A DNA stretch of 64,000 bases, taken from an uncultured Pelagibacteraceae bacterium. Its GTDB lineage: Bacteria > Pseudomonadota > Alphaproteobacteria > Pelagibacterales > AG-422-B15. Positions within the stretch are counted from its first letter, which is position 1, and each line of letters starts with the position of its first letter. Under the pieces are notes generated by a model. The model did no database searches. It was not told the DNA's origin and saw only the letters and a program-made list of their open reading frames with translations. Shown one piece after another: positions 1-9,960 of the stretch. The stretch is from positions 160,238-224,237 of the forward strand of contig CACNXQ010000001.1 of NCBI GenBank assembly GCA_902624455.1, read 5' to 3'. Made by a program: the position numbers and the translations under genes.

Positions 1-1
1 T

Positions 2-43
2 ATTTATGCATCTGCTTATGGTCTGCGTCTTTATGGTGAATAG
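2..43 (+). CDS. 3' end of upstream CDS, probably heme exporter CcmB (partial)
   Basis: Open frame ...IYASAYGLRLYGE* ending in TAG at 41-43, directly before ccmC; identity inferred only from the usual ccmABC order. Confidence 0.45.
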   Translation: MYASAYGLRLYGE

Positions 44-74
44 TCTTTATGTGCAGTAATAATATAATGGTTTT

Positions 75-788
75 ATGTATCTAAAATTGAAAAAATCATA
101 CTTTGACGTGCTTGATAGGTTTACTCCATTTTTAATCATAATGACGATTGTCTCCTTTATTATTGGATCTTATTTTGCCTTATATGGATCACCACCAGAT
201 TATATTCAAGGAGACTCCATGCGTATTATGTATGTGCACGTACCATCAGCTTGGTGGGCACTCATGTCATATAGTGTTTTAGCAGTTTCCTGTACAATTT
301 GGTTTATAACTAGAAATCCTTTTTTTAATTTAATTGCTAAATCAATCGCACCAATCGGAGCTGTATTCACCTTGATTGCTTTAGTAACAGGAAGTATATG
401 GGGCAAGCCTACTTGGGGTGTATGGTGGGTTTGGGATGCAAGACTTACATCTATGTTATTGTTATTTTTTTTGTACCTCGCTTATATTTTTTTGTGGCAA
501 GCAATTTCCAATAAAGATTTAGCTTCAAAAATATCAGCGGCACTTGCTATGATTGGATTTATAAACGTTCCCATTATAAAATTTTCGGTTGATTGGTGGA
601 ATACATTGCATCAGCCAGCATCTATTTCAAAGCTTTCTTCTCCAAGTATAGACGAAAGTATGCTTATACCATTATTTATAATGGCATTTGCAAGCTTATG
701 TTTTTTAATAACAATGTTTTCAGTTAGACTTAGGATAGAGTTTATCGAGTCTAGAATATCAAGATTGAGACAAAAAATATATGACTGA
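75..788 (+). CDS. ccmC: heme exporter protein C
   Basis: RIMYVHVP, GSIWGKPTWGVWWVWDARLTS (WWD motif), WWNTLHQ. Confidence 0.97.
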   Translation: MYLKLKKSYFDVLDRFTPFLIIMTIVSFIIGSYFALYGSPPDYIQGDSMRIMYVHVPSAWWALMSYSVLAVSCTIWFITRNPFFNLIAKSIAPIGAVFTLIALVTGSIWGKPTWGVWWVWDARLTSMLLLFFLYLAYIFLWQAISNKDLASKISAALAMIGFINVPIIKFSVDWWNTLHQPASISKLSSPSIDESMLIPLFIMAFASLCFLITMFSVRLRIEFIESRISRLRQKIYD

Positions 789-945
789 TTTCTTTTCCAT
801 GGGTGGTTATGGTTTTTACGTATGGTCATCCTACATTATATTTTTTGTAACTATTTCTTATGTCTTCATTGTGAACCTTATGAAATTAAATGAGAAAAAG
901 AAAAAGCTTATAAATTTAGAAAAACACAGTGACCAGTCCAGTTAA
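781..945 (+). CDS. ccmD: heme exporter protein D (54 aa, absent from ORF track)
   Basis: Manual translation MTDFFSMGGYGFYVWSSYIIFFVTISYVFIVNLMKLNEKKKKLINLEKHSDQSS*; MGGYGFYVWSSY motif, one TM helix plus basic tail, located between ccmC and ccmE. Confidence 0.9.
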   Translation: MTDFFSMGGYGFYVWSSYIIFFVTISYVFIVNLMKLNEKKKKLINLEKHSDQSS

Positions 946-1366
946 AAAAAGGCTTATAAAATTTTTATTGAGTTTAATTGTATTAGCGATTTCAATTTTA
1001 ATAATTGTTTACAATTTAAGGGATAATATTGTTTACTTCTATAGTCCAAGCGAGCTTCAAGATCTGAATACCAGTGATGTCAGAATACTCCGCCTAGGAG
1101 GCCTTGTTTCTACTGGCTCAATTCAAAGTGAAACTAATGGAATACATCGATTTAAAATTAATGATGGTAATGAAGAAATTTCTGTAAAATTTGAGGGTAT
1201 ACTGCCAAATTTATTTGCGGAGGATAAGGGAGTTGTTGTGGAAGGAAAGTATATTAAAGATGAATTATTTATTGCTCTAAAAGTTCTTGCTAAACATGAT
1301 GAAAATTATATGCCACCCGAAGTAATAGACTCATTAAAGCAGACGGGAAATTGGCAGGGAGAATGA
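929..1366 (+). CDS. ccmE: cytochrome c maturation heme chaperone CcmE
   Basis: N-terminal TM, RLGGLV, VLAKHDENYMPPE heme-binding motif; GTG start. Confidence 0.96.
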   Translation: MTSPVKKRLIKFLLSLIVLAISILIIVYNLRDNIVYFYSPSELQDLNTSDVRILRLGGLVSTGSIQSETNGIHRFKINDGNEEISVKFEGILPNLFAEDKGVVVEGKYIKDELFIALKVLAKHDENYMPPEVIDSLKQTGNWQGE

Positions 1367-3261
1367 ACAATATAATAAGCCTTTCTGGTAACCTATTACT
1401 AATCATTTGTCTGGCAACTTCTATGTTGCAGTCTTTAAATTTATTTACTGCAAATTCTTATACTAACAATAATGTAAAATTATTTTCAACGATACAATTC
1501 ACAAGTATAGTTTTAGCTTTTTTAATTTTAATTTTTTTATTTACTCAATCAAACTTTGGTTTTGAACTTGTTACTTTTCATTCACATTCAGAAAAACCTT
1601 TTCTTTATAAAATCTCTGGAGCATGGGGTAATCATGAGGGAAGTCTACTTTTATGGATACTAATACTAACTCTTTTTAACTTTCTTTACAGTCTTTCGGC
1701 AGAAAGAGATAAACTTTATAAGAATAAAGTAATTGCTATTCAAAGCATTTTAATTATAGGCTTTGTATTATTTTCAATTGCTTTATCAAACCCATTTACT
1801 TTAAATGAAAGCCCTCAATCAGAGGGACTGGGATTGAATCCAATTCTTCAAGATCCGCTGTTAGCGATTCATCCTCCAATTTTGTATTTTGGTTATGTTG
1901 GTTTCTCACTCGTCTTCAGTTTGGCGGTAGCGGGCTTATTATCAAGCAATATAAATAATGTATGGGCTGAGACTGTTAAATCATGGACATTCTTAGCTTG
2001 GACATTTTTAACAGCAGGAATTGCATTAGGATCTTACTGGGCATATTACGAGTTGGGTTGGGGTGGATATTGGTTTTGGGATCCAGTCGAAAATGCCTCG
2101 TTAATGCCTTGGTTGGCAGCTACAGCACTTATTCACTGTGTTGTAGTATTACAAAAGAAAAATACAATGCAGTCTTGGACTGTATTACTAGCGATTATAA
2201 CCTTCTCATTAAGTTTAATGGGAACATTTCTAGTTAGATCTGGTGTCTTAAACTCTGTACATACATTTGCCTCTGACCCAGGTCGTGGACTATATATTTT
2301 AAGTTTTTTATTTTTAGTCTTAATTACATCTTTCACTATTTACGCATTAAAATCGGATGGAATTGATAAGGAGAATAGCTACTCAATAGTTAGTAGAGAT
2401 GCGGGGATTATGGTTAACAATTGGGTATTGATTACAATATTATTCATTGTCTTTCTTGGAACAATATACCCCCTTTTTACTGACCTTGTTTTAAACACTA
2501 GTCTCACTGTAGGTCCTAGTTATTATGTTATGACAATTACTCCAGTGATAATTATTCTTTTGCTCTTCATGATAATATCACCACTTGTTAATTGGACTGC
2601 TGGCAAACTATCCAATGTAATTGTTAAGATGAGATATGTTCTCATCTCTAGTTTAACTTTGGTACTCATATTAAGTTTATATTTTTTTCTTTTCTCTCTT
2701 ACAGAACTTACAATTATATTTTTATGTATCATTTTGATTTTAACATCAATTTCTTCAGGGATTATTTATTCAAGGAAAAATATAATTATTACACCTAGTC
2801 TTGGAAGAACTCTCTCTCACTCCGGATTTGGATTACTTCTTTTAGCTATAGTTAGCAATGCAGTTTATTCAGAAGAAAAGATATTTGATGCAAAAGTTGG
2901 AGATACTTTAAAACTTTCAGATAATACTTTTAGGTTTGAAAAAATAAATCAATTTGAAAAACAGAACTATAATTCAATACAAGCTATTTTTTATCTCATG
3001 GACAAGAATAAAAAAGTTGAGAAGTTCAGTCCCGAAATAAGATTTTATAATGATCCACCAACTATAACTTCAGAAACGAGCATTGTTCACAGGCTTTTTG
3101 AAGATATATATATTGTTATGAATGTAACCCAAGCAACAAATTCTATTAGTGTGAGAATACATGTAAAACCATTTATGACTTTCTTATGGATAGGTGTAAT
3201 TTTGATTATTTTGGGCGGTGTCTTGTCAGTATTTATTAAAAATAAAAAAATCAATGCCTAA
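1363..3261 (+). CDS. ccmF: heme lyase CcmF
   Basis: WGNHEGSLLLW, GLNPILQ, HPP, WAYYELGWGGYWFWDPVEN, SVHTF; ATG at 1363 overlaps ccmE stop (ATGA). Confidence 0.97.
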   Translation: MNNIISLSGNLLLIICLATSMLQSLNLFTANSYTNNNVKLFSTIQFTSIVLAFLILIFLFTQSNFGFELVTFHSHSEKPFLYKISGAWGNHEGSLLLWILILTLFNFLYSLSAERDKLYKNKVIAIQSILIIGFVLFSIALSNPFTLNESPQSEGLGLNPILQDPLLAIHPPILYFGYVGFSLVFSLAVAGLLSSNINNVWAETVKSWTFLAWTFLTAGIALGSYWAYYELGWGGYWFWDPVENASLMPWLAATALIHCVVVLQKKNTMQSWTVLLAIITFSLSLMGTFLVRSGVLNSVHTFASDPGRGLYILSFLFLVLITSFTIYALKSDGIDKENSYSIVSRDAGIMVNNWVLITILFIVFLGTIYPLFTDLVLNTSLTVGPSYYVMTITPVIIILLLFMIISPLVNWTAGKLSNVIVKMRYVLISSLTLVLILSLYFFLFSLTELTIIFLCIILILTSISSGIIYSRKNIIITPSLGRTLSHSGFGLLLLAIVSNAVYSEEKIFDAKVGDTLKLSDNTFRFEKINQFEKQNYNSIQAIFYLMDKNKKVEKFSPEIRFYNDPPTITSETSIVHRLFEDIYIVMNVTQATNSISVRIHVKPFMTFLWIGVILIILGGVLSVFIKNKKINA

Positions 3262-3784
3262 AAGAATAATTTATTACGTTCCTATTTTATTGATCATTGT
3301 GCTTAGTGTATTTTTTTATTTTTCACTCAGTAATGATACCTCAAAAATATCATCACCTATTATTGGTAAGCCTCTACCAGAATTCTCACTTCCAAGTTTA
3401 TTAACTGGTAAGTCGAATGTTCGATCTGAAGACTTAAATGAAGAAGGAACATTTATTTTGAACGTATGGGCATCTTGGTGTGTACCTTGTAGAGCAGAGC
3501 ACGATATACTTATGGTGCTCAATAATCTACACGACGTAAAACTATATGGTCTAAATTATAAAGATAAGCCAAGTGAGGCAGTAAATTTTATTAATAAGCT
3601 TGGTAATCCATTTAAAAATATAGGAGTTGACCAGTCAGGACGAACTGCAATTGACCTTGGAGTTTATGGTGTGCCAGAAACGTTCATTATTAGAGATGGA
3701 AAAGTAATATATAAACATATTGGACCAATACATATGAGCGAGCTAGATGAAATTATTGTACCTATTTTGAAAGACTCAAGATGA
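3254..3784 (+). CDS. ccmG: thiol:disulfide interchange protein CcmG/DsbE
   Basis: NVWASWCVPCRAEH, GVYGVPETF; likely start MPKRIIYY at 3254. Confidence 0.95.
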   Translation: MPKRIIYYVPILLIIVLSVFFYFSLSNDTSKISSPIIGKPLPEFSLPSLLTGKSNVRSEDLNEEGTFILNVWASWCVPCRAEHDILMVLNNLHDVKLYGLNYKDKPSEAVNFINKLGNPFKNIGVDQSGRTAIDLGVYGVPETFIIRDGKVIYKHIGPIHMSELDEIIVPILKDSR

Positions 3785-4158
3785 AGAAAAGTTTTATATT
3801 TATTATTTTCATTAATTTTGTGCTTTACCTACCTGGTTATTTCATTCATGCCCAAACAAGTGACGAAAGAGCTAATAATTTATTCAAAGAAGTGCGTTGC
3901 CTTGTTTGTCAGGGACAAACGATTCATGAGTCAAATGCAGAACTTGCTGAGGACCTAAAAATAATAATTAAAGAAGAAATTACAAAGGGCAAAAGTGATG
4001 AAGATATAAAACAATTTCTTGTTGATAAATATGGTGACTGGATATTGATGACACCGCCCTTCGATCCATATACTTACGTTTTATGGTTGTCTCCAGCTAT
4101 AATAATACTGTTTGGATTTGGATATATTTATTATAAATCTCGAAAACAATTGAAATAG
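3781..4158 (+). CDS. ccmH: cytochrome c biogenesis protein CcmH/CycL
   Basis: VRCLVCQGQTIHESNAELA, YGDWIL, C-terminal TM. Confidence 0.93.
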   Translation: MKKSFIFIIFINFVLYLPGYFIHAQTSDERANNLFKEVRCLVCQGQTIHESNAELAEDLKIIIKEEITKGKSDEDIKQFLVDKYGDWILMTPPFDPYTYVLWLSPAIIILFGFGYIYYKSRKQLK

Positions 4159-4239
4159 TGTCTATATTTTGACACATTATAGTTGTTATTTGACCACTTA
4201 AATAAATTATATATAAGTCTTTAAGATTAAGGAGACCTC

Positions 4240-4572
4240 ATGAAAATATACTTACTAAAAATTATTTTGTTTTCTATGCTTGGATCAAGTATTGTTTTTG
4301 CTGGTGGCGTAGAGGAAGACTCGGGACCTGAAACAATGTCTGAGACCGAACAACAAGTCTCAGATGATTCTATGGATAACGAAACGGAGTTGACAACTAG
4401 AGAAGATATTGATGAATATCAGGAAATTGTAGCTACTCTTGATGAAAGCTCAGACCCAGTCTGCGACAGTGATGGAAATGTAGTTAAATGGTCAGGTGGT
4501 TGTGTGACTTGGTCAGGTGGATATATTGAAGAAGGCGAAACTGCCGATACATTTGTTAGATACAGTAACTAA
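4240..4572 (+). CDS. small acidic secreted protein of unknown function
   Basis: AGGAG SD upstream, signal peptide ending IVFA, very Asp/Glu-rich, Cys pair in CDSDGNVVKWSGGCVTWSGG. Confidence 0.7.
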   Translation: MKIYLLKIILFSMLGSSIVFAGGVEEDSGPETMSETEQQVSDDSMDNETELTTREDIDEYQEIVATLDESSDPVCDSDGNVVKWSGGCVTWSGGYIEEGETADTFVRYSN

Positions 4573-4576
4573 TTTA

Positions 4577-5062
4577 ATGAATAAGTTAAAGATTGCTTTT
4601 TTTGTAATTGTTTTATCATTTAGTACTTACATGGTTAAGGCTGATGATCAATTATCATTTTCAATTGGTCAATTCGATATTAACGATACAATTGATTCAG
4701 CAGAAATGAGACTTGAGTATCTTTACGGCCAAAATTTTTACAATAATAATTTTGATCTTAAGCCATTTGTTGGAGCTATGTTCAATAGCGACAGTGGTAA
4801 GTATATATACTCTGGCCTAAGAAAAGATTATATAATTTCTTCAAAATGGAATTTTACTCCAAGTTTTGCAGCTGGTTATTACGACAGAGGCAGCAGTAAA
4901 GATTTAGGGCATAATATAGAGTTTAGAAGCCAACTTGAGTTTTCTTACCAAACTGCTAACGGAAGAGTGGGATTTAATGTCAACCATATTTCAAATGCAA
5001 GTATCGGCAACAAAAATCCAGGCACTGAAAGTGCTACCATTTCATTTATAAGACCGTTTTAG
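4577..5062 (+). CDS. acyloxyacyl hydrolase / lipid A 3-O-deacylase (PagL-like) outer-membrane beta-barrel
   Basis: Signal peptide from ATG 4577, DLGHNIEFRSQ, HISNA motif, NPGTES, C-terminal Phe. Confidence 0.82.
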   Translation: MNKLKIAFFVIVLSFSTYMVKADDQLSFSIGQFDINDTIDSAEMRLEYLYGQNFYNNNFDLKPFVGAMFNSDSGKYIYSGLRKDYIISSKWNFTPSFAAGYYDRGSSKDLGHNIEFRSQLEFSYQTANGRVGFNVNHISNASIGNKNPGTESATISFIRPF

Positions 5063-5931
5063 TTTTTTAAAATCTCTTCTACAAAATCTCTAGAAATAAA
5101 ATCTTTTAAATCCTCTAAATTTTCGCCAATACCTAAGCCATTAATAGGTAATTTTGTTTTATTTGTAATAGACAAAAGAGTTCCACCTGATGCGCTTGTA
5201 TCAAACTTTGATAATATGATGCCAGTCAAAGTCACATATTTATTAAATTCTTCAACTTGCTTGAGAGCATTTTGTCCAGTAGTAGCGTCAATTGTCATTA
5301 TTACGTCATGGGGATATTTCTCGTCATGCTTTTTTAAAACTCTACTTATCTTTCCAAGTTGATCCATCAAATCAACTTTATTGTGTAGACGGCCAGCAGT
5401 ATCAATTATAATAACTTGATTGCCTAACTCTTTTGCTCGTAAGACTGATTTATAAACTATACTTGCCGGATCAGAACCCTCAGTTTCTGAAATAAAATCA
5501 GTACCTATTTTTTCTGACCATAATTGTAATTGTTCTGTTGCAGCTGCACGAAATGTATCTGCAGCAACAAGTAAAACACTTTGATTTTTTGAAACAAAAT
5601 TATTAGCTATCTTTGCAATTGTTGTTGTTTTGCCTGAACCATTAACACCAACCATAAGTACAATGCGTGGTACATCTGAGAACTGATAATTTAAAGTTTG
5701 CTCGTAAGGCATTAACATATCGATAAGTACATCCTTTAGATGAGCAGTAATCTCATCGATATTTCCATTTTTGGAAATCGTCTTTTTGGCAAGTGTCGAA
5801 ATTACTTGTCCAGCAGTTTCAATGTTTACATCAGATGAAATTAATAATTCTTCTAGTTGATCTAAAGACTCTTGATTTATTTTTGAACCAACAAATAGTT
5901 TTGAAATTTCTGACCTAAAATTTTTAAACAA
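5059..5931 (-). CDS. ftsY: signal recognition particle receptor FtsY (NG domain only)
   Basis: GVNGSGKTTTIAK, DTFRAAA, DTAGRL, DATTGQN. Confidence 0.95.
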   Translation of the reverse strand: MFKNFRSEISKLFVGSKINQESLDQLEELLISSDVNIETAGQVISTLAKKTISKNGNIDEITAHLKDVLIDMLMPYEQTLNYQFSDVPRIVLMVGVNGSGKTTTIAKIANNFVSKNQSVLLVAADTFRAAATEQLQLWSEKIGTDFISETEGSDPASIVYKSVLRAKELGNQVIIIDTAGRLHNKVDLMDQLGKISRVLKKHDEKYPHDVIMTIDATTGQNALKQVEEFNKYVTLTGIILSKFDTSASGGTLLSITNKTKLPINGLGIGENLEDLKDFISRDFVEEILKN

Positions 5932-7180
5932 TAATATTACCGCTTAAACCAGACGAGTCACTTCCAGTAACAAGCATCTTAATTAGATTTCCGTTACCGT
6001 AATCTCGATTAAGATTTACTTTAGCAAATCCATCTGATCTACCTCTACTTTCACTCTCAACAATTAGATTAATTTCTGTATTTTCTAATTTATTGTAGTA
6101 TTTTAAAATTTGCTCATTTCCTAATTCTCTTAAAATTTTAGCTCTTTTTTTTATAATTTCTCGATTTAATTGTGGCATTCTCGATGCAGGTGTTCCTTCT
6201 CGAGGGGAAAAGGGAAAAACATGTAAGAATGAAATATTACACTCTTCAACAAGTTTGATTGTATTATGAAACATTTCCTCTGTCTCAGTTGGAAATCCAG
6301 CTATCAAGTCAGCGCCAAATACCACATCTGGTCTTACAGATCTTATTTTGTTTATCTTATTAATAGCATCTTCACGAAGATGTCTCCTCTTCATTCGTTT
6401 AAGTATCATATTATCTCCAGCTTGAAGTGATAAATGAATATGAGGAAGGATTCTTTTTTCAGTCCCTATAAGATTTGTAAGATCATCATCTATTTCAGCA
6501 ATATCTAATGAGGACAACCGTAGTCTTTTAAGATTTGGAACTTCAGAAAAAATGAATTTTACTAAATCCGTAATTGTTTTCTTGTCTTCAAAGTCGTGAC
6601 CATAACTTGTAAGATCAACTCCTGTAAGCACTACTTCCTTATAATTTTTTTCTAAAAGATTTTTAATTTGTTCAACTACATTATTTGGCTTTACGCTTCT
6701 TGAGTTCCCTCTTCCGTACGGAATTATACAAAAAGTGCATCTATGATCACAGCCGTTTTGGATTTGCACAAACCCTCTGATTCTTTGTTCTACTTTATCA
6801 ATAATTGGAGCAATAGCCTGACTTTCTTGGAGAATATCACCCACTTCATTTACTTTATCATTTGCGGTTCTGAGTCTTTCATATGTTTTTTCCTCAAGCT
6901 TCTCTTTATTCCCAATAATAGCGTCAATCTCACTCATTTTTGAAAACTCTTCTTGGTGTATCTGGGCAGCACACCCTGTAAGAACAATTTTTCTATCAGG
7001 TTTTTCTCTCTTAATTTTTCTTATTTCTGATTTTAAGTCAGCAATTGTTTTGTTTGTCACCGCACATCCATTTATAAATGTGCTGTTACTTATATTTTGT
7101 TTTTTAGCAAATTTCCTTATTACTTCAGACTCATAAAAATTTAATCTGCATCCATATGTTTTTACCTCATTTGTATCCAT
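5924..7180 (-). CDS. mtaB: tRNA t6A37 methylthiotransferase MtaB
   Basis: TYGCRLNFYESE, CAVT, TGCAAQ, radical SAM CDHRCTFC, HVFPFSPREGTPA; dapF-mtaB-ftsY synteny. Confidence 0.92.
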   Translation of the reverse strand: MDTNEVKTYGCRLNFYESEVIRKFAKKQNISNSTFINGCAVTNKTIADLKSEIRKIKREKPDRKIVLTGCAAQIHQEEFSKMSEIDAIIGNKEKLEEKTYERLRTANDKVNEVGDILQESQAIAPIIDKVEQRIRGFVQIQNGCDHRCTFCIIPYGRGNSRSVKPNNVVEQIKNLLEKNYKEVVLTGVDLTSYGHDFEDKKTITDLVKFIFSEVPNLKRLRLSSLDIAEIDDDLTNLIGTEKRILPHIHLSLQAGDNMILKRMKRRHLREDAINKINKIRSVRPDVVFGADLIAGFPTETEEMFHNTIKLVEECNISFLHVFPFSPREGTPASRMPQLNREIIKKRAKILRELGNEQILKYYNKLENTEINLIVESESRGRSDGFAKVNLNRDYGNGNLIKMLVTGSDSSGLSGNIIV

Positions 7181-7181
7181 C

Positions 7182-7550
7182 TTATGATTTATCTTGATGT
7201 CTATTTTTAAAGTAAAGAATTGAAGCTATTATTTCGTAAAAAACATAACCAAGGTGATAAATAACTGGGGTTCTTACAATATAGTATAGCCATTTATAAT
7301 TTGGCAGTGTTTTCCAGACTACAAGGAATGCATCAATTCCTTGATAGAGTTTCTGGTTATGAATAGTATGGAGTCTTCTTAAAAGGCTCTTGCTATCTTT
7401 ATTTGTTTTTAATTGGGCAGACTCATTATTCGTAATATCTGTCCATTTAATACTACTACTTTGTTTTTTGTAATGATTTATCTCCATTCTACAGACACTA
7501 CAGGAGTCATTAAAAAAAACTTCAATTGAATCATTTTTATCAGTATTCAT
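7182..7550 (-). CDS. DCC1-like thiol-disulfide oxidoreductase (DUF393)
   Basis: VFFNDSCSVC (DxxCxxC-like), RLH, GIDAF...W. Confidence 0.8.
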   Translation of the reverse strand: MNTDKNDSIEVFFNDSCSVCRMEINHYKKQSSSIKWTDITNNESAQLKTNKDSKSLLRRLHTIHNQKLYQGIDAFLVVWKTLPNYKWLYYIVRTPVIYHLGYVFYEIIASILYFKNRHQDKS

Positions 7551-8377
7551 TAATTTATCTTGTATTCTCCATTAAAATTTATTTCTGTGGGGCCAGACAT
7601 TACAACTGTTTTTCCTTTAGAATAATTTATATCTAAAATCCCGCCAGGCAACCTAACTTGTATTTTTTCTGATACATGATTATTTGTGACTGCAGCTACG
7701 GCAGCAGCACATGCGGCCGTTCCACATGCCAGAGTTTTGCCAGCACCTCTTTCCCAAACAACTAGATCAATAAGTTCTTTATTTACAATTTTGCATAATG
7801 AAACATTTATTTTTTCTGGAAAAATTAAATCATTTTCGATTACTGGACCTATCTCTTCAATCCTATAATCACTAATTTCATTTACAAAAAAAATGACATG
7901 TGGATTTCCAACATTTACGAAGAAAGGGTTTGCTAATACTTGATTGTTTATTTGAAAATTTAATGAATTCAAATCTATATCAGTTTTGACTGGAATTTTT
8001 TTTAATTCAAAATTTGGGATACCCATATCAATACTCACGCAGTTATCACCAATTCTCTGACAGGAAATAGTTTTTTCTTTTGTAGAAAGTTTTATTGAGT
8101 CTACACTCTCTTCGGTCATGAGCAAGTCTGCAACGCATCTTGATCCGTTACCACATGCATGAATTTCTTCTCCATCGGAATTAAAAAATTCTATTAAAAT
8201 ATTTCCATCATCCTGACGTGGTAAAATATTGATTAATTGATCACAACCAACTCCATCATCACGATCACAAATAGAGACAATATCTTTCTTACTTAATGAA
8301 ATAGTGTTCTTTCTTTGGTCTATAATTACAAAATCATTTCCCAATCCGTTCATTTTTATGAATTTAAATTCTCTCAT
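7550..8377 (-). CDS. dapF: diaminopimelate epimerase
   Basis: KMNGLGNDF, GVGCDQ, CGNGSRC, GNPH, ERGAGKTLACGT. Confidence 0.97.
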   Translation of the reverse strand: MREFKFIKMNGLGNDFVIIDQRKNTISLSKKDIVSICDRDDGVGCDQLINILPRQDDGNILIEFFNSDGEEIHACGNGSRCVADLLMTEESVDSIKLSTKEKTISCQRIGDNCVSIDMGIPNFELKKIPVKTDIDLNSLNFQINNQVLANPFFVNVGNPHVIFFVNEISDYRIEEIGPVIENDLIFPEKINVSLCKIVNKELIDLVVWERGAGKTLACGTAACAAAVAAVTNNHVSEKIQVRLPGGILDINYSKGKTVVMSGPTEINFNGEYKIN

Positions 8378-8434
8378 AGTTTTCTTATATTTAGTCTTTA
8401 AATATAGCAGAAATTTAGCTTTTTTGCTTATAGC

Positions 8435-8463
8435 TTGACAGAATTATAATTACCACATAATTT
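8435..8463 (+). promoter_or_regulatory. putative sigma70 promoter of the ffh operon
   Basis: Perfect TTGACA at 8435-8440, then TAATTT after a 17-nt spacer (or CATAAT after 15 nt). Confidence 0.5.
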
Positions 8464-8508
8464 GCATCCGTTTTCCGCAAGAATAAAAATTGCGGTGCCA
8501 AAATTTGG

Positions 8509-8548
8509 TGTCGACATCAGTCAGCGAGTTTCGCCCACTGGTGCGATA
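8509..8548 (+). ncRNA. ffh leader cis-regulatory RNA motif
   Basis: Stem CATCAGT/ACTGGTG enclosing CAGCGAGTTTCGCCC, the conserved core recalled from alphaproteobacterial ffh leaders; about 25 nt before the ffh start; extra hairpins at 8475-8495 and 8496-8510. Confidence 0.8.
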
Positions 8549-8571
8549 GCCATTGGAATAAAGGAGTTATA

Positions 8572-9948
8572 GTGTTTTTAAATTTATCTGAACGTTTTGA
8601 GTCAATTTTTAAGGGATTAAAACAAACTGGTTCAATAGATGAGAAAAGTTTTGATGAAGCTATGAGGGATATAAGAAGAGCCCTCTTGGAAGCTGATGTT
8701 GCGCTTCCTGTTGCAAAAGAATTCATTAATCACATTAGACAAGAATCAATAGGCAAAGAGGTGCTTAGATCTATCACCCCTGCACAAATGATTACCAAGA
8801 TTGTCAGCGATGAATTAATAAAAATTCTTGGTGGCAGCATGTCTGATTTACAAATTGACGAAAATAAATCTAATTATTATTTGTTCGCAGGCCTACAAGG
8901 TTCAGGAAAAACTACTACGGTCGCAAAGATTGCTAATTATCTTAAAAATAAAAAAAATAAATCAGTTTTAACTGTCTCACTTGACATAAATAGACCAGCA
9001 GCATTTGATCAATTAAAAAAATTATCTGATGATATTGGCATAAGCATATTGCCAAAAGTAGAAAATCAAATGCCAATTGATATATCAAAAAGAGCAATAG
9101 AGTTTGCTAAACTCAATAATATTGACTGTATACTTTTAGATACAGCTGGAAGAACAAATATTGATGATGCTTTAATGAATGAGTTATCTCAGTTAGAAAA
9201 AGAGATAAGCCCTACTGAGACACTTCTTGTATTAGATAGTTTAACAGGACAAGAGGCAGTGAATGTCGTCAAAGATTTTTCGAATAAAATTAAATTATCT
9301 GGCTCAATAATTACAAGAGTTGATGGAGATGCTCGTGGGGGCGCAGCGCTCAGCATGAAATACATTACTGATTGTCCAATAAAATTTATGGGTGTTGGTG
9401 AACATATCGATGATTTAGAAATTTTTCATCCTGAGAGAATTGCTAATAGAATTTTAGGTATGGGTGATATTGTATCACTCGTTGAAAAAGCTTCAGAAAA
9501 TATTGATGAGCAAGATGCTGAAAGAATGGCAACAAAGTTACAAAAAGGTGAATTTGATCTCGATGATCTTCTTTCTCAAATAAGGCAGATGAAAAAAATG
9601 GGTGGTTTATCAAGTATTATGAAATTTATTCCAGGCTTAAAGAATCTAGAAAACAAAATAAGTCAAAATGATTCCGCTGAGAATTCAATAATGAAACAAG
9701 AAGCCATTATACTTTCGATGACAAAATATGAGAGAAGTAAGCCAAAAATTATTAATGGCTCTAGAAAAAAAAGAATTGCAACGGGATCTGGTACTAAGGT
9801 TTCAGATATAAATAGAGTTCTTAAACAACACAAAAAGATGACGGACATGATGAAAAAATTCTCAAAAAATGGAATGGGTTCAATGAGTCCAGACCAGTTG
9901 TCTGGTCAGTTTGGGAATATGATACCAAGTGATATTTTTAAAAAATAA
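8572..9948 (+). CDS. ffh: signal recognition particle protein Ffh
   Basis: GLQGSGKTTT, DTAGR, DGDARGGAALS, RILGMGD, Met-rich M domain; AAGGAG SD, GTG start. Confidence 0.97.
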   Translation: MFLNLSERFESIFKGLKQTGSIDEKSFDEAMRDIRRALLEADVALPVAKEFINHIRQESIGKEVLRSITPAQMITKIVSDELIKILGGSMSDLQIDENKSNYYLFAGLQGSGKTTTVAKIANYLKNKKNKSVLTVSLDINRPAAFDQLKKLSDDIGISILPKVENQMPIDISKRAIEFAKLNNIDCILLDTAGRTNIDDALMNELSQLEKEISPTETLLVLDSLTGQEAVNVVKDFSNKIKLSGSIITRVDGDARGGAALSMKYITDCPIKFMGVGEHIDDLEIFHPERIANRILGMGDIVSLVEKASENIDEQDAERMATKLQKGEFDLDDLLSQIRQMKKMGGLSSIMKFIPGLKNLENKISQNDSAENSIMKQEAIILSMTKYERSKPKIINGSRKKRIATGSGTKVSDINRVLKQHKKMTDMMKKFSKNGMGSMSPDQLSGQFGNMIPSDIFKK

Positions 9949-9960
9949 TAGGAGAAAAAC

